NCBI GenBank assembly: GCA_016906335.1
Contig: JADEYG010000015.1
Location: 1,240,001 to 1,304,000, forward strand
From: Novakomyces olei
Taxonomy: Eukaryota
Direction: 5' to 3'
Length of the DNA stretch: 64,000 nt
Positions within the stretch are counted from its first letter, which is position 1, and every line of letters begins with the position of its first letter. The position numbers were made by a program, and so were the translations under genes. The notes under the pieces are model-generated. The model had not been told where the DNA came from. It worked only from the letters and a program-made list of their open reading frames with translations, and ran no database searches. Of the stretch, positions 26,143 through 39,058 are shown one piece after another.

Positions 26143-26922
26143 AAATAGCACCAAATGAAAACAAAGCTTGCTTTTGCCTTTTGGTTTTCTTTTGCAACAG
26201 ATTTCAAATGGCGTACAAAACGTATTTCTTTTCTTATGAACAAAACGAGAGAATCCAAACTCTCGTCCTCTCCAGAACGGACGGGTTCAGAAACCCAACG
26301 CCTTGTCTGTGGAAAGCATGGAGGTTCAGTTTGGCCAAATATTTGTACATAGACGCAATATTCACAATAAAAAATCACTTTGCATTAAAAATATATTTAC
26401 CAAGCTTGTAATCTAAAATCGCTTAAAAATTGCTCATTTTTTCCATTCGTAGGAAGTACTATTCTCTGGGCATGTACACCGTCAATGCCTGAGCGAAAAG
26501 ATTTTGCATACGAAAAGAATTGGTCAGGCAGGCAAACAATATGAAACAGAGCCTCCGAAGTTGAAGAGCATTCGACAGATACAGTGATGTAATGCGAAAC
26601 GTTGACCAATACTATAAATCATAGAAAGCAGCGTTGAAAAAAAAACTATCTATATGCGTAAAACTAACTAGTTGAATACTGCGAGTACTGGATAAATTTA
26701 TCAACGATTAGGGTTAGTTAGGGCCATATTCGACAATGACAACAATACCGAGAGAGCTACAAGGAATCTCAAGTCGTTCTTTATTACTGTATTCGATAGT
26801 ATAGAGTTTGTAGGCGATGATTCGTCGATACTGGAGAGGCAAATAATACCTTTTGTACGCACGACCCCACCCACGTTGAGCCTCGATAGGGGAGACGACA
26901 GGCACAAACGTCTCATAATAAA

Positions 26923-27696
26923 ATGGCCAAATTTGCAGTAGTAACTGGATCGGAGTCAGGCATTGGCAAAGCTACAGCGCTTATTTTAGCCCGAGACGGT
27001 TTCAATATTGGCGTTGTATGGTACGAAAGCAAAGAGGCTGGAGAAGCTGTAGTTGAGCAGATCGAGGAACTCGGACGGCGCGCGAAATTAACGTACATGG
27101 ATCTGACAAAGCCAGCCGAGGCAGCAGCTGCCTTTGATGAATTTGTAAAAGACGAAGAGTTAGCTGTCTTGGTCAACTGTGCTGGTGCAAATAAAAAGGC
27201 GCCTGCTGAAAGTATGACTTTGGCACAGTTTGAGTTTGCCTTGCAAGTCAATTTGACTTCGCCTTTTATTCTCGCTCAACACGCAGCCCGAGCGATGCGC
27301 AACGGCTTTGGCCGTATTGTTAATATTACCTCAGTGCATGAATATACGCCGCTACCAGAATCCGCTGGTTACATTGCTGCCAAACATGGACTCGGTGGTC
27401 TAACAAAGGCTCTCGCTATTGAGTTTGCAGAGTATGGGATCACTGTGAATGCGGTGGCGCCAGGATACATTGCTACAAAGATGAACAATCTGAGGGAGGA
27501 TGGGGCCTTTGACTACCGTGTGCCTTATCTGCCTTTGGGTCGTCCGGGAGCGCCTACAGAAATAGGAGAGATGGTGGCATTTTTGTGTAGTGATAAGGCT
27601 GGGTACATTACGGGGCAGTCTCTGCCTGTAGATGGCGGGTTTCTCATCACCAACACGCAATTTGTCGGTGACGGTCTGAAGGCGGTCAACAAGTGA
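26923..27696 (+). CDS. Classical short-chain dehydrogenase/reductase, YohF-like, intronless
   Basis: TGSESGIG, VNCAG, NITSVHEYTPLP, YIAAK and TGQSLPVDGGF. Confidence 0.9.
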   Translation: MAKFAVVTGSESGIGKATALILARDGFNIGVVWYESKEAGEAVVEQIEELGRRAKLTYMDLTKPAEAAAAFDEFVKDEELAVLVNCAGANKKAPAESMTLAQFEFALQVNLTSPFILAQHAARAMRNGFGRIVNITSVHEYTPLPESAGYIAAKHGLGGLTKALAIEFAEYGITVNAVAPGYIATKMNNLREDGAFDYRVPYLPLGRPGAPTEIGEMVAFLCSDKAGYITGQSLPVDGGFLITNTQFVGDGLKAVNK

Positions 27697-28085
27697 AAGG
27701 TCTCATCAAACTATGTGTGCTTAGAGGGCGTTTCCGGAAAGATGAGACACTAACCGAGGTAAAGCGGTGTTTCTTAATTTAGATTAAATATGTGGGACTT
27801 TTTTGCTACAAAAACATCTTTGGATTGAGGAGTTGCTATTATTCATTGATCGAACGATTAGTCGATTAGTCGATCAATCTAGCCTGACTCGTATCTGTGT
27901 AGTCACATACGTACGTACGCTACATTAATACGATGTACCTATATCATTAAACTCGTCTTTATAAACGTCCCGTCTCAACTCGATCTGTGTTTGATCTAAT
28001 TCATGTACCTGTCTATGAAAGAGGATGCCTCCGATAAAGGATGCGCGACAGTTTTGCCTCAAATATATGTAAATGTATGGCGTAA

Positions 28086-29094
28086 TCAAGAAAGATCATC
28101 GGGAGCAAATTTGTCCTTCCAAAATCCGCGAAAATGCTTCTTTTCGCCCTGCGCAGAGATTTCATCAACCTCCTCAGTCGTCAGTTCAAAAGTAGAAATT
28201 TTCAGGTAATCTTCAAGCCGCGATTGTTTTCCGCTGGTGGTTATAACGAAATCTCCACGTTGCAGAGCCCAACGAAGGAGGACATTACCTTCTGAAACCC
28301 CATATTTTTCAGCCAATTTCTTTATAATTCCGTCAACAGGACCCGGTGAAACGCGAATAATAGGTGTAAGAGGTCCGTAGGCAGCCGTTTTAATTCCGTG
28401 CTTGCGATGAAAATCCAAAAGCGCTCCGTGTTGCAAGTAAGGATGAAACTCAATCTGATTCATAGCTGGAATAACTTTGGCGGTCTTGAGAGTGGCTTCT
28501 AAATCGCGTTGAAGATAGTTGGATACGCCAATAGCACGAGCTTTACCGGACGCTTTCACCTGCTCTAGCTGAGACCAAGCATTTTGCAAGTCCTGCTCCG
28601 ATTTCGCGAAAAAGGGCGCATGAATTAGATAACTGTATATTAGCTGTGCGGAATTAGAGGCAGTAAAGCCAGTCAATAATATAAATAGTCCAACAGCCTA
28701 TAAAGAATTCTTACAGGTCAACATAAGACAATTGCAATTTCTGCAGACTAGCATCAATTGCCCTGGGAATATCACCAATATTTGGAAGCACTTTAGTGGT
28801 AACAAAGAGCTGGTCGCGCGGCACGTCACTTTCCTTGATAGCGAGACCCAATTCGCGTTCAGTATTGTATACTTCTGCTCCGTCTAAATGCCTGTAGCCT
28901 AGTTTAATTGCGGTCTTTATGCTCTCAACAAGACTGCGATCAATGCTAAATTCCCCCGGTTTTTTGAACCAGGCCGTGCCAGTTCCATATCCAAGCTATA
29001 AATACATTAGAAACGCATTGCTTCCGGATGGTGTTTAAATTACCACTGGAGCGCTGACTGCATCTGCCACCGTTGCCTTTGCAATATTCGCCAT
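28086..29094 (-). CDS. Aldo-keto reductase, 3 exons
   Basis: Exons 29094-29044, 28995-28715, 28632-28086. LGYGTGTAW, HLDGAEVY, FVTTK, DLYLIHAP, IGVSN and NQIEFHP. Confidence 0.92.
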
Positions 29095-30149
29095 CACTAG
29101 CGATATAGTAAATTTAGCTTTGAAAGCTCGGGATGGTTATGGATTGCCGTGATTCCTATGCACGAATTTATATCGTATTTATTAGTTCAAATTAATCTAG
29201 CGTTGTTTTGTTGTATCTAATCCCGCGTGGTTTCGGGAAGCGTGGGTTGACAACAGAAATTTGGGATAATATAACTAAAATATTTTATAAGTGGCAGATT
29301 GTTTAAAGTGATTTATTGTGCGAGAATTTTTAATTTTTCGAACCAAAATGACAATTCTGTCGAGGAAATGAGTCGTGTATCTCGTATTTGTCATACTTTG
29401 AAAACAGAGGCATGTTGTTGTCCATCAAGGTATTGCCCGTTCAGCTTTCTCAGCATGTAGGATAAGATGTTAGCTACATGCTAAGTAACAAATACATTTG
29501 AGATAAACATCCACTTCTACATCATTACACTTCAATTATTTTGTCACGGCGAGCGCAAGAAAGACCATTAGACTATTGAAAGCTAAATGACGTTCATAAC
29601 AAGAATATGTTTCATGCTGTAACTGCAATTTTGATCCGAAAAAACAACGTGGACCGCCGCCTTGACCTTGGCCTTCTCGGCAGTTGTAATCAGATACTCT
29701 CGTTACTTATAAAACGTGGGTTTAGAACAGTAGTGCAATATACTTGTAGTTGGAAAGTAATTTCAGTTGCCGTCATAAATGTACTATATTAAAAGACACT
29801 ATAGCCTCACCAAAGCTAAAAATATACGATCAAATTACGTAAGAGGGATCGACCTTGTTCCTGTTATGAATAAGTTGGGGTTCCCCATCTAATAGGAACA
29901 GCGCTTTTGCAGATTTAATGCGAGAAAAGGCAATAGATTTGAACGTCATTGTGACGATAAGTCAGGCACAATAGTATAGTAAATTTGGGCCAGTAAAAGC
30001 GGGGCGATTATTGCTGGCACTGAATTTGCCGGTCTAGTTTTCTGTTTCTTCCCATTTTGTTTTGTAATTCTAATAAAGCATTTGTCTAAACCGCCTTGCT
30101 TAAAAAATATATGAAGGCCTACAAGGGTACGCTGAAATAAATCATCCTG

Positions 30150-32623
30150 ATGTCAAATTTGTCTAGAGGAGTTGAGAAAATGGAAAAGGTCTTTGGCAGC
30201 TTGGGAGAGGACCGTAAAAGTAAAGACCTCACGCGGGATACAGTTGAAATCAAGGGCCAACAGGAACTCACTACTGATTATGGAATTAAAATATCTGACA
30301 CTGATCACTGGCTAAAAGTTGTCGACGATAAGACTTCTGGTCCCAGTCTGTTAGAGGATCAGATTGCCCGTGAGAAGGTGAGTCTATGTTGTTAACTTTG
30401 GATTGCATCAAAGACTTCATGTACTATAGATGTTTTCTATATCCTTTTCTTTAATTATTTTTGTATTATTCAAATATATTTACTGACTCTTTCGTTCACT
30501 CTATTTTGCTCTTATTTCTCCTATTTCTTTTCCCTTACAAGCCTTTCTCTATTCGTTCTCTCTGACTTGCAGATCCACCGTTTCGATCATGAACGAATCC
30601 CTGAACGAGTTGTACATGCACGTGGGACTGGCGCTTTTGGAACTTTTAAACTGCATAAAGCAATACCCGAACTCACACACGCCGGAATACTCACCGATAC
30701 TTCGCGTTCGACTCCAGTTTTTGCACGATTCTCAACCGTTCAAGGCAGCCGGGGCAGTGCAGACACTGTACGTGATGTGAGGGGATTCGCTGTGAAAATG
30801 TACACGGAGGAAGGCAATTGGGACATTGTTGGTAACAATATTCCAGTCTTTTTTATCCAAGATGCAATAAAGTTTCCGGACTTTGGTAAGGAAGATTGAA
30901 AAAAAAAGAATAAAACCAAGATACTGATCGTGTAGTCCACGCGGTAAAGCCAGAACCACACAATGAAGTGCCTCAGGGTCAAACTGCTCACAACAACTTT
31001 TGGGATTTCTCTTTCCTTCATCCAGAAGCTACTCACATGTTCATGTGGGCTATGTCTGACAGGGCTATTCCTCGCTCGTATCGTATGATGCAAGGATTCG
31101 GCGTGAATACGTACAGCCTAGTGAACAAAGAAGGCCGACGCCACCTCGTAAAGTTTCATTACATCCCGCACCTTGGTGTGCACTCCTTTGTGTGGGATGA
31201 AGCGTTGAAACTAGCTGGACAAGACCCCGATTTTCATAGGAAGGATCTCATGGAGTCCATTGATAACGGAGCATTTCCCAAGTGGGATTTTGCTGTTCAG
31301 GTTATTCCAGAGGAAAACCAGTACGATTTTGAGTTTGATCCTCTTGACGCTACCAAGCTTTGGCCAGAAGAGCAAGTGCCCTTGCAGGTCATTGGTGAAC
31401 TTGAACTGAACCGTAATATTGATGAGTTTTTCCCTCAGACAGAACAAGTCGCCTTCTGCACAAGTCATATTGTCCCCGGTATCGATTTTTCTAACGATCC
31501 TCTTTTGCAGGGCCGCAATTTTTCATATTTTGATACACAAATTTCACGCCTTGGCATTAATTGGGAAGAGCTGCCTATAAATCGTCCGGTGTGTCCTTAT
31601 ATGAATCACAATCGTGATGGAGCAATGAGACACCGAATCACTAAAGGCACTGTCAATTATTGGCCCAATCGATTTGATGCAGTTAAACCTGTACCAATTG
31701 AGCAAGGTGGATTTGAATCTTTCCATGAAAAGATTGCCGGTATTAAGCAACGGTCTCAGGGACCAAAGTTCCGTGAATATTTCAACCAAGCCCAGTTATT
31801 TTATAATTCATTGTCTGAGCATGAAAAGGAACACGTGGCCAAGGCGTTTAGCTTTGAACTCGATCATTGTGACGATCCCGTAGTTTATCAGCGCATGACT
31901 CTGCGAATTGCAGAAATTGATTTGGCTCTGGCACAGAAGGTCTCTGTTCTTGTGGGCGCTCCAACTCCCGATAAGACGGACAGGCGTAACCATGGCAAAA
32001 GGGCGCGCGGACTTTCACAAGTCGATTTTGCTCCAAAAAAGCCCACCATTGCAAGTAGAAGAATTGCCATTATTATTGGTGATGGGTTTGATCATGTTGC
32101 ATTTAATGCAGTCCGTGCAGCTGTTAAAGCAGCTGGCGCTCTACCTTTTGTCATTGGAACTAAAAGACAGCCAATTTTTGCAGAAAGCGCTAATCCCGAG
32201 ACTGACAACGGCGTGACCCCAGATCATCAGTACGATGGTATGCGATCCACCATGTTTGATGCAACTTTTATTCCTGGTGGATCTCACATTAAGACCCTTG
32301 CGAAAATGGGGCAAATTCGTTACTGGATCGCTGAAAGTTTTGGACACTTGAAAGCGTTGGGAGCGACTGGCGAAGCAGTTGAATTGGTAAGGCGGATTCT
32401 GCTCGACGTTGACTCGCTACACTATGCTACTGCAGACGAACCTGTCGTTGAATCTTATGGTGTTGTAACCGCTGCAGGACCACAGAAACCTGATAATTTC
32501 AAGGAAGGATGGAAGATCGTTAAAGGTGCATCGGACTTTATTGGCAAATTTTTCTACCAAATTGGCCAGCACCGCAATTACCAGCGGGAACTTGACGGTC
32601 TGGCTGCCACGGTTGCTTGGTGA
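30150..32623 (+). CDS. Large-subunit monofunctional catalase (catalase A/KatE type), 3 exons
   Basis: Exons 30150-30377, 30573-30885, 30936-32623. [27 protein letters not shown] and a C-terminal DJ-1/GATase-like domain. Confidence 0.95.
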
Positions 32624-33303
32624 AGCGCGCGCATTGCCATAAGCTAAGGATACGAGATCAAGCTATTCTCCTGTTTAAGTCAGCACGCCGTTTGAGATGT
32701 TGTCAAATACAAGCACGATCGTTACTTGAAATATTTGCTCGATGTAGTGAAAATTATTAATATTTATTGTACCAAATTTAAGGATGTCCATAATTTAAGG
32801 ATGTCCCTAACTGTAGGAGAGGAGGAGAGTAGCCAAATTTAAATGAATATATATCTGACTACATAATTTGAGTACTCTCAACGCGCCGGCCCTCCATTCT
32901 GGTACATTCATTAATGCGACAAATTTGCAGACATACAAAACTTAAATGGAGTTGTTTGCCGACGTGCATGGTATTTTTACTTATAGAATTTAAGCAATGA
33001 AAATCATCCAATCAGTGCGATTCTTGGAAGTAAAAAGTAGTTGGGCATGAATCGTCTGGAATCTGCTGAAGTAATAATTAATAATCGAAACAAGTGTTTC
33101 TTACTAATAATATCAAAACTCTGTTTATTTAATTTTCCGTCGCGCATTTTATTAGGAATACTAGCACGTGACCAAAGAAAGGTGCGATGATGACTCATCT
33201 AGGTTTGTGTATAAGAGGCTCAACGATAACGGCTGTACTTGGCTTGAAGAGCAGTATTGCAATATACAGCTTCTGATTTGCAGAGTTATTGTAAACTAAT
33301 AAA

Positions 33304-33924
33304 ATGGCCAGCAGCACTGTTTCGTTCCTGGAAACCCTTGCCACGCGACGGTCTTATTACGCGTTAAAGCGACAATCGCCGGTCCCTGATTTCGAAATTC
33401 GGTCGATATTGAGCAAAATTCTGCAGACGGTTCCGTCGTCGTTCAATTCGCAGTCAACGCGCTTCGTGCTTTTGCTTAAGGACGAGCATGAAAAACTCTG
33501 GAACATCACAAAGGAGGTGCTTCATGCGCATATCGGATCGGAACTCTTTGCAAAGTCCGAGCCGAGATTAGACTTGTTCAAAAACGCGTATGGAACTGTG
33601 CTTTTCTACGAAGATCAGCTTGTTGTAAAAAGCCTGCAGGAAAAGTTCGCATTGTACGCCGAAAATTTTCCAATCTGGTCCGAGCATACGAGTGGCATGC
33701 ATCAGCTTGCGGCTTGGACCGCTTTGGAAGCGGCTGGGCTGGGCGCCAATTTGCAGCACTACAATCCTCTTATTGACGAAAGGGTAAAGGAGGCGTTTAA
33801 TGTACCAGACACGTGGAAGTTGAAAGCCGAGTTGGTTTTCGGAGAGCGAGCAGACTCATCAGATGCTGCAGAGCTCGCAAAGCTGCCGATTGAGGATACA
33901 CTCAAAGTGTTTGGCGCAGAATAA
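33304..33924 (+). CDS. Nitroreductase family protein (Frm2/Hbn1-like)
   Basis: RRSYYAL, PSSFNSQSTR, WTALEAAGLGANLQHYNP and ELVFG. Confidence 0.9.
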   Translation: MASSTVSFLETLATRRSYYALKRQSPVPDFEIRSILSKILQTVPSSFNSQSTRFVLLLKDEHEKLWNITKEVLHAHIGSELFAKSEPRLDLFKNAYGTVLFYEDQLVVKSLQEKFALYAENFPIWSEHTSGMHQLAAWTALEAAGLGANLQHYNPLIDERVKEAFNVPDTWKLKAELVFGERADSSDAAELAKLPIEDTLKVFGAE

Positions 33925-34579
33925 AGCGTAGATAGAGACCTGCACATTATAGAATTTGTACTAATTGAGAGCATCTTTGATATAAGCGGATTGATGCGTG
34001 TCTGCTTTGCATGAAACCAGTCTGAAGTGTAGGAAATAATGAATGCAAACAGACGACTGTGCTGCCCTTATTGGCATAGCTGGAAATACGAAACTTTCAG
34101 TGAAACGGAAAAAAGAGAGCACGTCAATTAGTGTAAATCATGTATAAAGTGCGCGGATAAGACTAGTTCACGCTTCCTGTTTAGCCTTTCAGTTCATACT
34201 ACAAAATTGAAATTTCGCACACGCAAACCCTCACTTGCGTAGAGGTACGCTGCGTACACGAATTCGACAGCCGCTGGCAAACAATTTATCTTGGTCGTTC
34301 GGTTTACGCGGCCAGCGTGGGGGCGATACGGTTCCGGGCAGTTTAATAGTATATTACATAATCGAGAACTCAAAACGGGCGTCTAATCTGAGCCAAGTGC
34401 TAATATTGTACAAAACAGCGTATTGTACCAAAATGTGCACTGTGATCTGCGTAATTTGGAATATGACACAATTTCATTATAATTAATATATGGGCAAGAA
34501 CAGAACGGCATTTACATATGCCGCTATCATCTGCGTACCGAATATTCGCTTCTAAATCTCACTAGAGTTTGCCAAAAAA

Positions 34580-35112
34580 ATGCCCGTTGACCGTGCTCTC
34601 GTTATTGTTGACCTACAAAATGATTACTTCCCCAATGGACGGCTCCCGCTGGTAGGCATCACGCAGGCTGCGACAAACGCGGCAAAAGTTCTCAAAGCAT
34701 TTAGAGACAACAAACTGCCCGTAATTCATGTACACCATGAATTCCTCTCCCAAGATGCACCTTTTTTCAGGCCAAATTCACAGAGATCAGAGATAAATGA
34801 GCTTAGTAAGACCTATCGGGACCGAAACTGTTGTACTTAAAAATTATCCGAATTCATTCCGCAAAACTAGACGAGCGCAGTATTAAGGACTTGACAATTG
34901 TGGGAGCAATGAGCCATGTATGTATCGACGCAACTGTACGCGCAGCCGCCGATTTTGGATTCAATGTTACTGTTGTCCACGATGCTGTAGCAACCCGTGA
35001 CTTGGAGTTTAATGGTACCATAGTACCTGCATCTCAGGTACACGCTGCGTTTTTGGCGGCTCTAGCCTTTGCGTACGCGCAAGTCGTATCTACCAACGAT
35101 GTTGCTCTATAG
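34580..35112 (+). pseudogene. Isochorismatase-family cysteine hydrolase with two frameshifts
   Basis: VDLQNDYFP in one frame, VRPIGTETVVLKNYPNSFRKT in a second (about 34806-34868), GAMSHVCIDATVRAA..HDAVATRD in a third. Confidence 0.8.
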
Positions 35113-37094
35113 CCAATACAATGAGGATTAAAACGAACAGCTGCTCGCACTGACGAGATATCTAAATATTGATCAGATAGTCACAAGTGAATTCTCTACG
35201 ATAATCAGAGGCGGCGTTATGTCCTTTTTTGTTACATTTTAATTTTATTCTTTGTTCACTTCTTATGTAGTCACCAGCCCAGTCTAAAACTAGAGGCAAT
35301 TTGCCATCGTATTTGTTGTCCCTTTGTATTGAGTTTATTCTACCTGTCTCCCATATCTAGGAGAAAGATTTCATCGTACACGACCACACACTTGTCGATG
35401 TGCCGGCTAGTTGCGTCTTAATAATCAGCCATATTATATCTTTCAAGTCGCCGACACAAAATTGTGGTATTGATGCTACATTTATAAATTAGGAAAAAGG
35501 GTAGTATAGAATTATATATATATTTATATATACACGTACATAAGAGAGGCTTGAAACCGACCACCAAACAAATACTCTAGTTTAATTTAATTTATATTAA
35601 TTATTGCTATCCTCCAATAATTACAGCCAAAATAATGAGTCACGTGCCCGCGTTAGCAACACCCAACGCGGCGCGGTTGCCTTTAGAAAAAACACAAAAG
35701 AAAATGAGTTATATCAATCCTTGGATTCCTTCTTTTTATTTGTTCTTTCAGACAAAGACTTGTGGATAATTCGATTATGTCAAAAGTGCAACTCCACGGT
35801 ACTGTGGTGCCCACATCCATCAGGACGATCAATACGCTGGAAAACGGTTTGAACTCTGCGAAAGAGGACGCTAGATAAATAGACAGAAATGCTGAGTCTA
35901 CTTTTTCTAGTGCTCTTCTTATTGAATATTAGCTCCCGCTCACTTTTCAAATACAAAATGCGTCTGAACTTGTGCCGGGCAAATTGCGCGTTTCACTGGA
36001 ACGGAGCCGGGTAACTACAGATGATAAACATAAAACTATCGCTAAAATGGGGCAATCGAATTGCTAGTTTATTACGTTTCTTATGCGTAACATATTTTTA
36101 AGGCGTAAATAATAATTGTAGTCGACTTGGCGACAAGAAGCTCATTTTTACTTCTGCTGCTGTTGCACTGCAACGCGGAACTCAAATGCCTAATTCCGTG
36201 CGAATTCCGCCTTTGCAATCCTATGTGCTACGGATGATTCCAATCGGAAACAAGAATTAGCTCTACAGTGATCGGAAGCTTTCAGACCGCTCATATTTTT
36301 AGACCTTGTAGGCAGGAAAGGCTAAATTATTTAATGTCAAAAACTTTTTGAACTAAAAATATAAATTTATCTTCGAATGATAACCATTGCTTCGAGCTGT
36401 AGCTTTTGGATGTAGTTCTAGCCCCACGTAGATTAAGCAGAAAGACGTAATCTAAAGAGTTTTACGCAAAACAAATCTACATTTTTATCACTGAATGAGC
36501 GGTTGATCGTAGGAACAATAATTTTTCATGCTTGATAGAAATACAAGCTTAAAGACAATTTATGCCAGTGAAACAACATTTCCTTGTCGAGTTTGAAGCT
36601 TTCCGTGAACTCAAATGCAGGCAAAAGTACTTGTCAGAGCAGCTTTATTCCTGGCGTATAACCTTGTATTTGCTCAGATGGATCCCGATAGTCTGAGTGA
36701 GGGCTACTCTGAACGTCATCATAACAAGGCTTTCCAAACTATGATGTATGTGAGATCCGTTAAACCTTCTCACGAGTTGGCTGATAATTTTTGATGCCGA
36801 AGAACCGGTTCCGACTCGAATAGTCTTGTCACATGTCTTTGAAGACTAGTTTATCAGACATTACAAGGCTAAGCCTAAGGCTTTTAAAGCTCACTCACTA
36901 TTAAAGGAAATAATGGAGAAATGAGTGAATTGAACGAAGTGGGTTCTCTTATGACATCATATATTATTTCCAGTATAAATTCGATTTATTGCTATATATC
37001 AGTGCGATTATTGGCAAGTTTAATAAACATGAAAATACAATGATAGCTGAATATGTTTCTTGTTAAATTGGTAATCTTCCAATCCATCATTATC

Positions 37095-38513
37095 TCAAGA
37101 CATAGGGTCGGGGCCGATACACTCCTTACTCACTTCGATCAAAACTGCCTGCAGAGCATCAGCAATTTTATCAATATGATCCTCTTTCACAGTATATGCT
37201 GGCATTATCATAATGTGATCGCCATCTATCCCGTTTGCCGAACCACCAGCTGCCAGCAAGTAGATATCGTGCTCGTCCATCAGCTTTTTTGTGATAAAAG
37301 AGCCCATTCCACGACTGGTGGGGAAGGGTGCTTTGGTTTTTTTGTCTTTTACCAATTCAATTCCCCAGAATAAACCTCGGCCCCTGACATCGCCGACTAT
37401 AGGTAAATCAGCCAACCCACGCGAGGCAAATGCCTTTTCCAAATAGGCGCCCTGGTGGCGGACATTTGAGAGTAAATCTCGTTTTTGGATATATTTCTGT
37501 ACCGCGAGTGAAGCGGCACAAGCCAATGGGTGGGCTTGATAAGTATGGCCGTGCACAAATACCTTCGAGCCTGTCTGCAAGGCGTCTACTACTTTTTGGC
37601 CAATAAGAATAGCGGCTATTGGCTGATAACCACCACCTAATCCTTTGGCACAGGTCTGAAGATCGGGGCACACTCCCTCTTGCTCCCATGCATGAAGAGT
37701 GCCCGTACGGCCCATTCCTGACATAACCTCATCCAATATCAAGAGACATCCATACTTATCGCAAAGCTCACGCACCATCTTGAAGTATCCTGGCACTGGG
37801 GGCACAGCCCCAAGTGTGGCTCCCACTACCGGCTCCGCGATAAAGGCAATGACCGTATCTCCGCCAATGTGCTCAAACTCGGCTTCGTACTCGACCCGTA
37901 AGCGTTCCACATATTCTTCGTCTGATTCATTGTCTCGGCGATAACGGTAAGCATAACAAGGAGGTACGTGGGATACGTTATTGGTAAGTATCGGTAAATA
38001 GTTGGCTCGCCGGCCCACATGGCCCGAAACGGACAAGGATCCAATAGTATTTCCGTGGTACGAGCTTGATCGAGCAATGAAGTTGACACGTTGTGGCTGC
38101 CCAATTTCGATAAAGTACTGTCGAGCCAATTTCAATACACCGTCATTGGCTTCGCTGCCGCCAGATAAAAACAGCGCTTTACTCAAGCCCGCAGGTCGAT
38201 GACCAAGTAACAGTTTAGCCAATTCCTCAACCGACTGTGTAGTAAAACCCATACTGTATACATAGCTCGCTCCTGCGTCAAGTTGTGCCTTCATAGCATC
38301 GATTATCTCTGGATTATTGTGTCCAACTGACGCTACTGCCGCGCCTGAAGCCCCATCAAGAATTCGCCTTCCATTTTGTAGCACCAAGTATACATCGTCC
38401 CCACCGATAACAACTTGCGGCTCGACATTCGTAGCCCGATAGAGTACATTGCTTTTAGCTTTGTGACTGGGGGCGTTGAAGGCCGCAGATGGCGCTTCCG
38501 TCGCTATAGCCAT
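37095..38513 (-). CDS. Class III PLP-dependent aminotransferase, intronless
   Basis: DGASGAAV, SGGSEAN, SYHGNT, DEVMSGMGRTG, AKGLGGGY (PLP Lys) and HGHTY. First ATG at 38513. Confidence 0.92.
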   Translation of the reverse strand: MAIATEAPSAAFNAPSHKAKSNVLYRATNVEPQVVIGGDDVYLVLQNGRRILDGASGAAVASVGHNNPEIIDAMKAQLDAGASYVYSMGFTTQSVEELAKLLLGHRPAGLSKALFLSGGSEANDGVLKLARQYFIEIGQPQRVNFIARSSSYHGNTIGSLSVSGHVGRRANYLPILTNNVSHVPPCYAYRYRRDNESDEEYVERLRVEYEAEFEHIGGDTVIAFIAEPVVGATLGAVPPVPGYFKMVRELCDKYGCLLILDEVMSGMGRTGTLHAWEQEGVCPDLQTCAKGLGGGYQPIAAILIGQKVVDALQTGSKVFVHGHTYQAHPLACAASLAVQKYIQKRDLLSNVRHQGAYLEKAFASRGLADLPIVGDVRGRGLFWGIELVKDKKTKAPFPTSRGMGSFITKKLMDEHDIYLLAAGGSANGIDGDHIMIMPAYTVKEDHIDKIADALQAVLIEVSKECIGPDPMS

Positions 38514-39020
38514 TAGTCTGAAGCTGCTTTGGGTTTTGGAATTTGTCTGATAATAAGTGTGGAATGAACTGGTCAAGGCTTCGCTAATGTATTCCGTTTT
38601 GTCTAACCGAGGGCTTATGCTTCTGCCTTGAGCGTATTAGATTCACCACTTTATTGAGCGTGTCTTTTAGACCATGCGATATCATAAAAGCCTAACGCTA
38701 CTTCATTCTGTTCCGCTTTATATTCTCGGTGTACTACAAGAATGCTTGCGCATTATCTAACGAGCAGCGATAAGCGACTGCCGAATACGGTATGTTGTAT
38801 TCGGCGCCGAGTGGGCTGTTCAGCTAAGCTATGTAGCCCAAGGTTTTGTGATCGCGTGTTCGCCTGCTCAGTCGAAATCTACTTCGCAATAAAGTTCCAA
38901 TTCTGGGAGCCGTAGTGTAATTTTATGCTCAATACACAAGCCTGGATATCTTTCGTATTCTCTTGTTATTCATGCTGAGATATGATCTGAATCTGAAAGA
39001 CGTCTTTCTTATATATAGTC

Positions 39021-39058
39021 TGTTGGAATATGTTGAAATTGTTGGAATATGTTGAAAT
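39021..39058 (+). repeat. 19-bp perfect tandem duplication TGTTGGAATATGTTGAAAT
   Basis: Two adjacent identical copies, read directly. Confidence 0.85.

Noticed and set aside
32774-32807. Short direct repeats (AATTTAAGGATGTCC x2; similar ones near 4441, 5536 and 41263)
   Set aside because: Ordinary slippage-type duplications with no further structure.
35600-36960. Possible gene relic in a long intergenic gap
   Set aside because: Only short frames with many stops; nothing recognisable.
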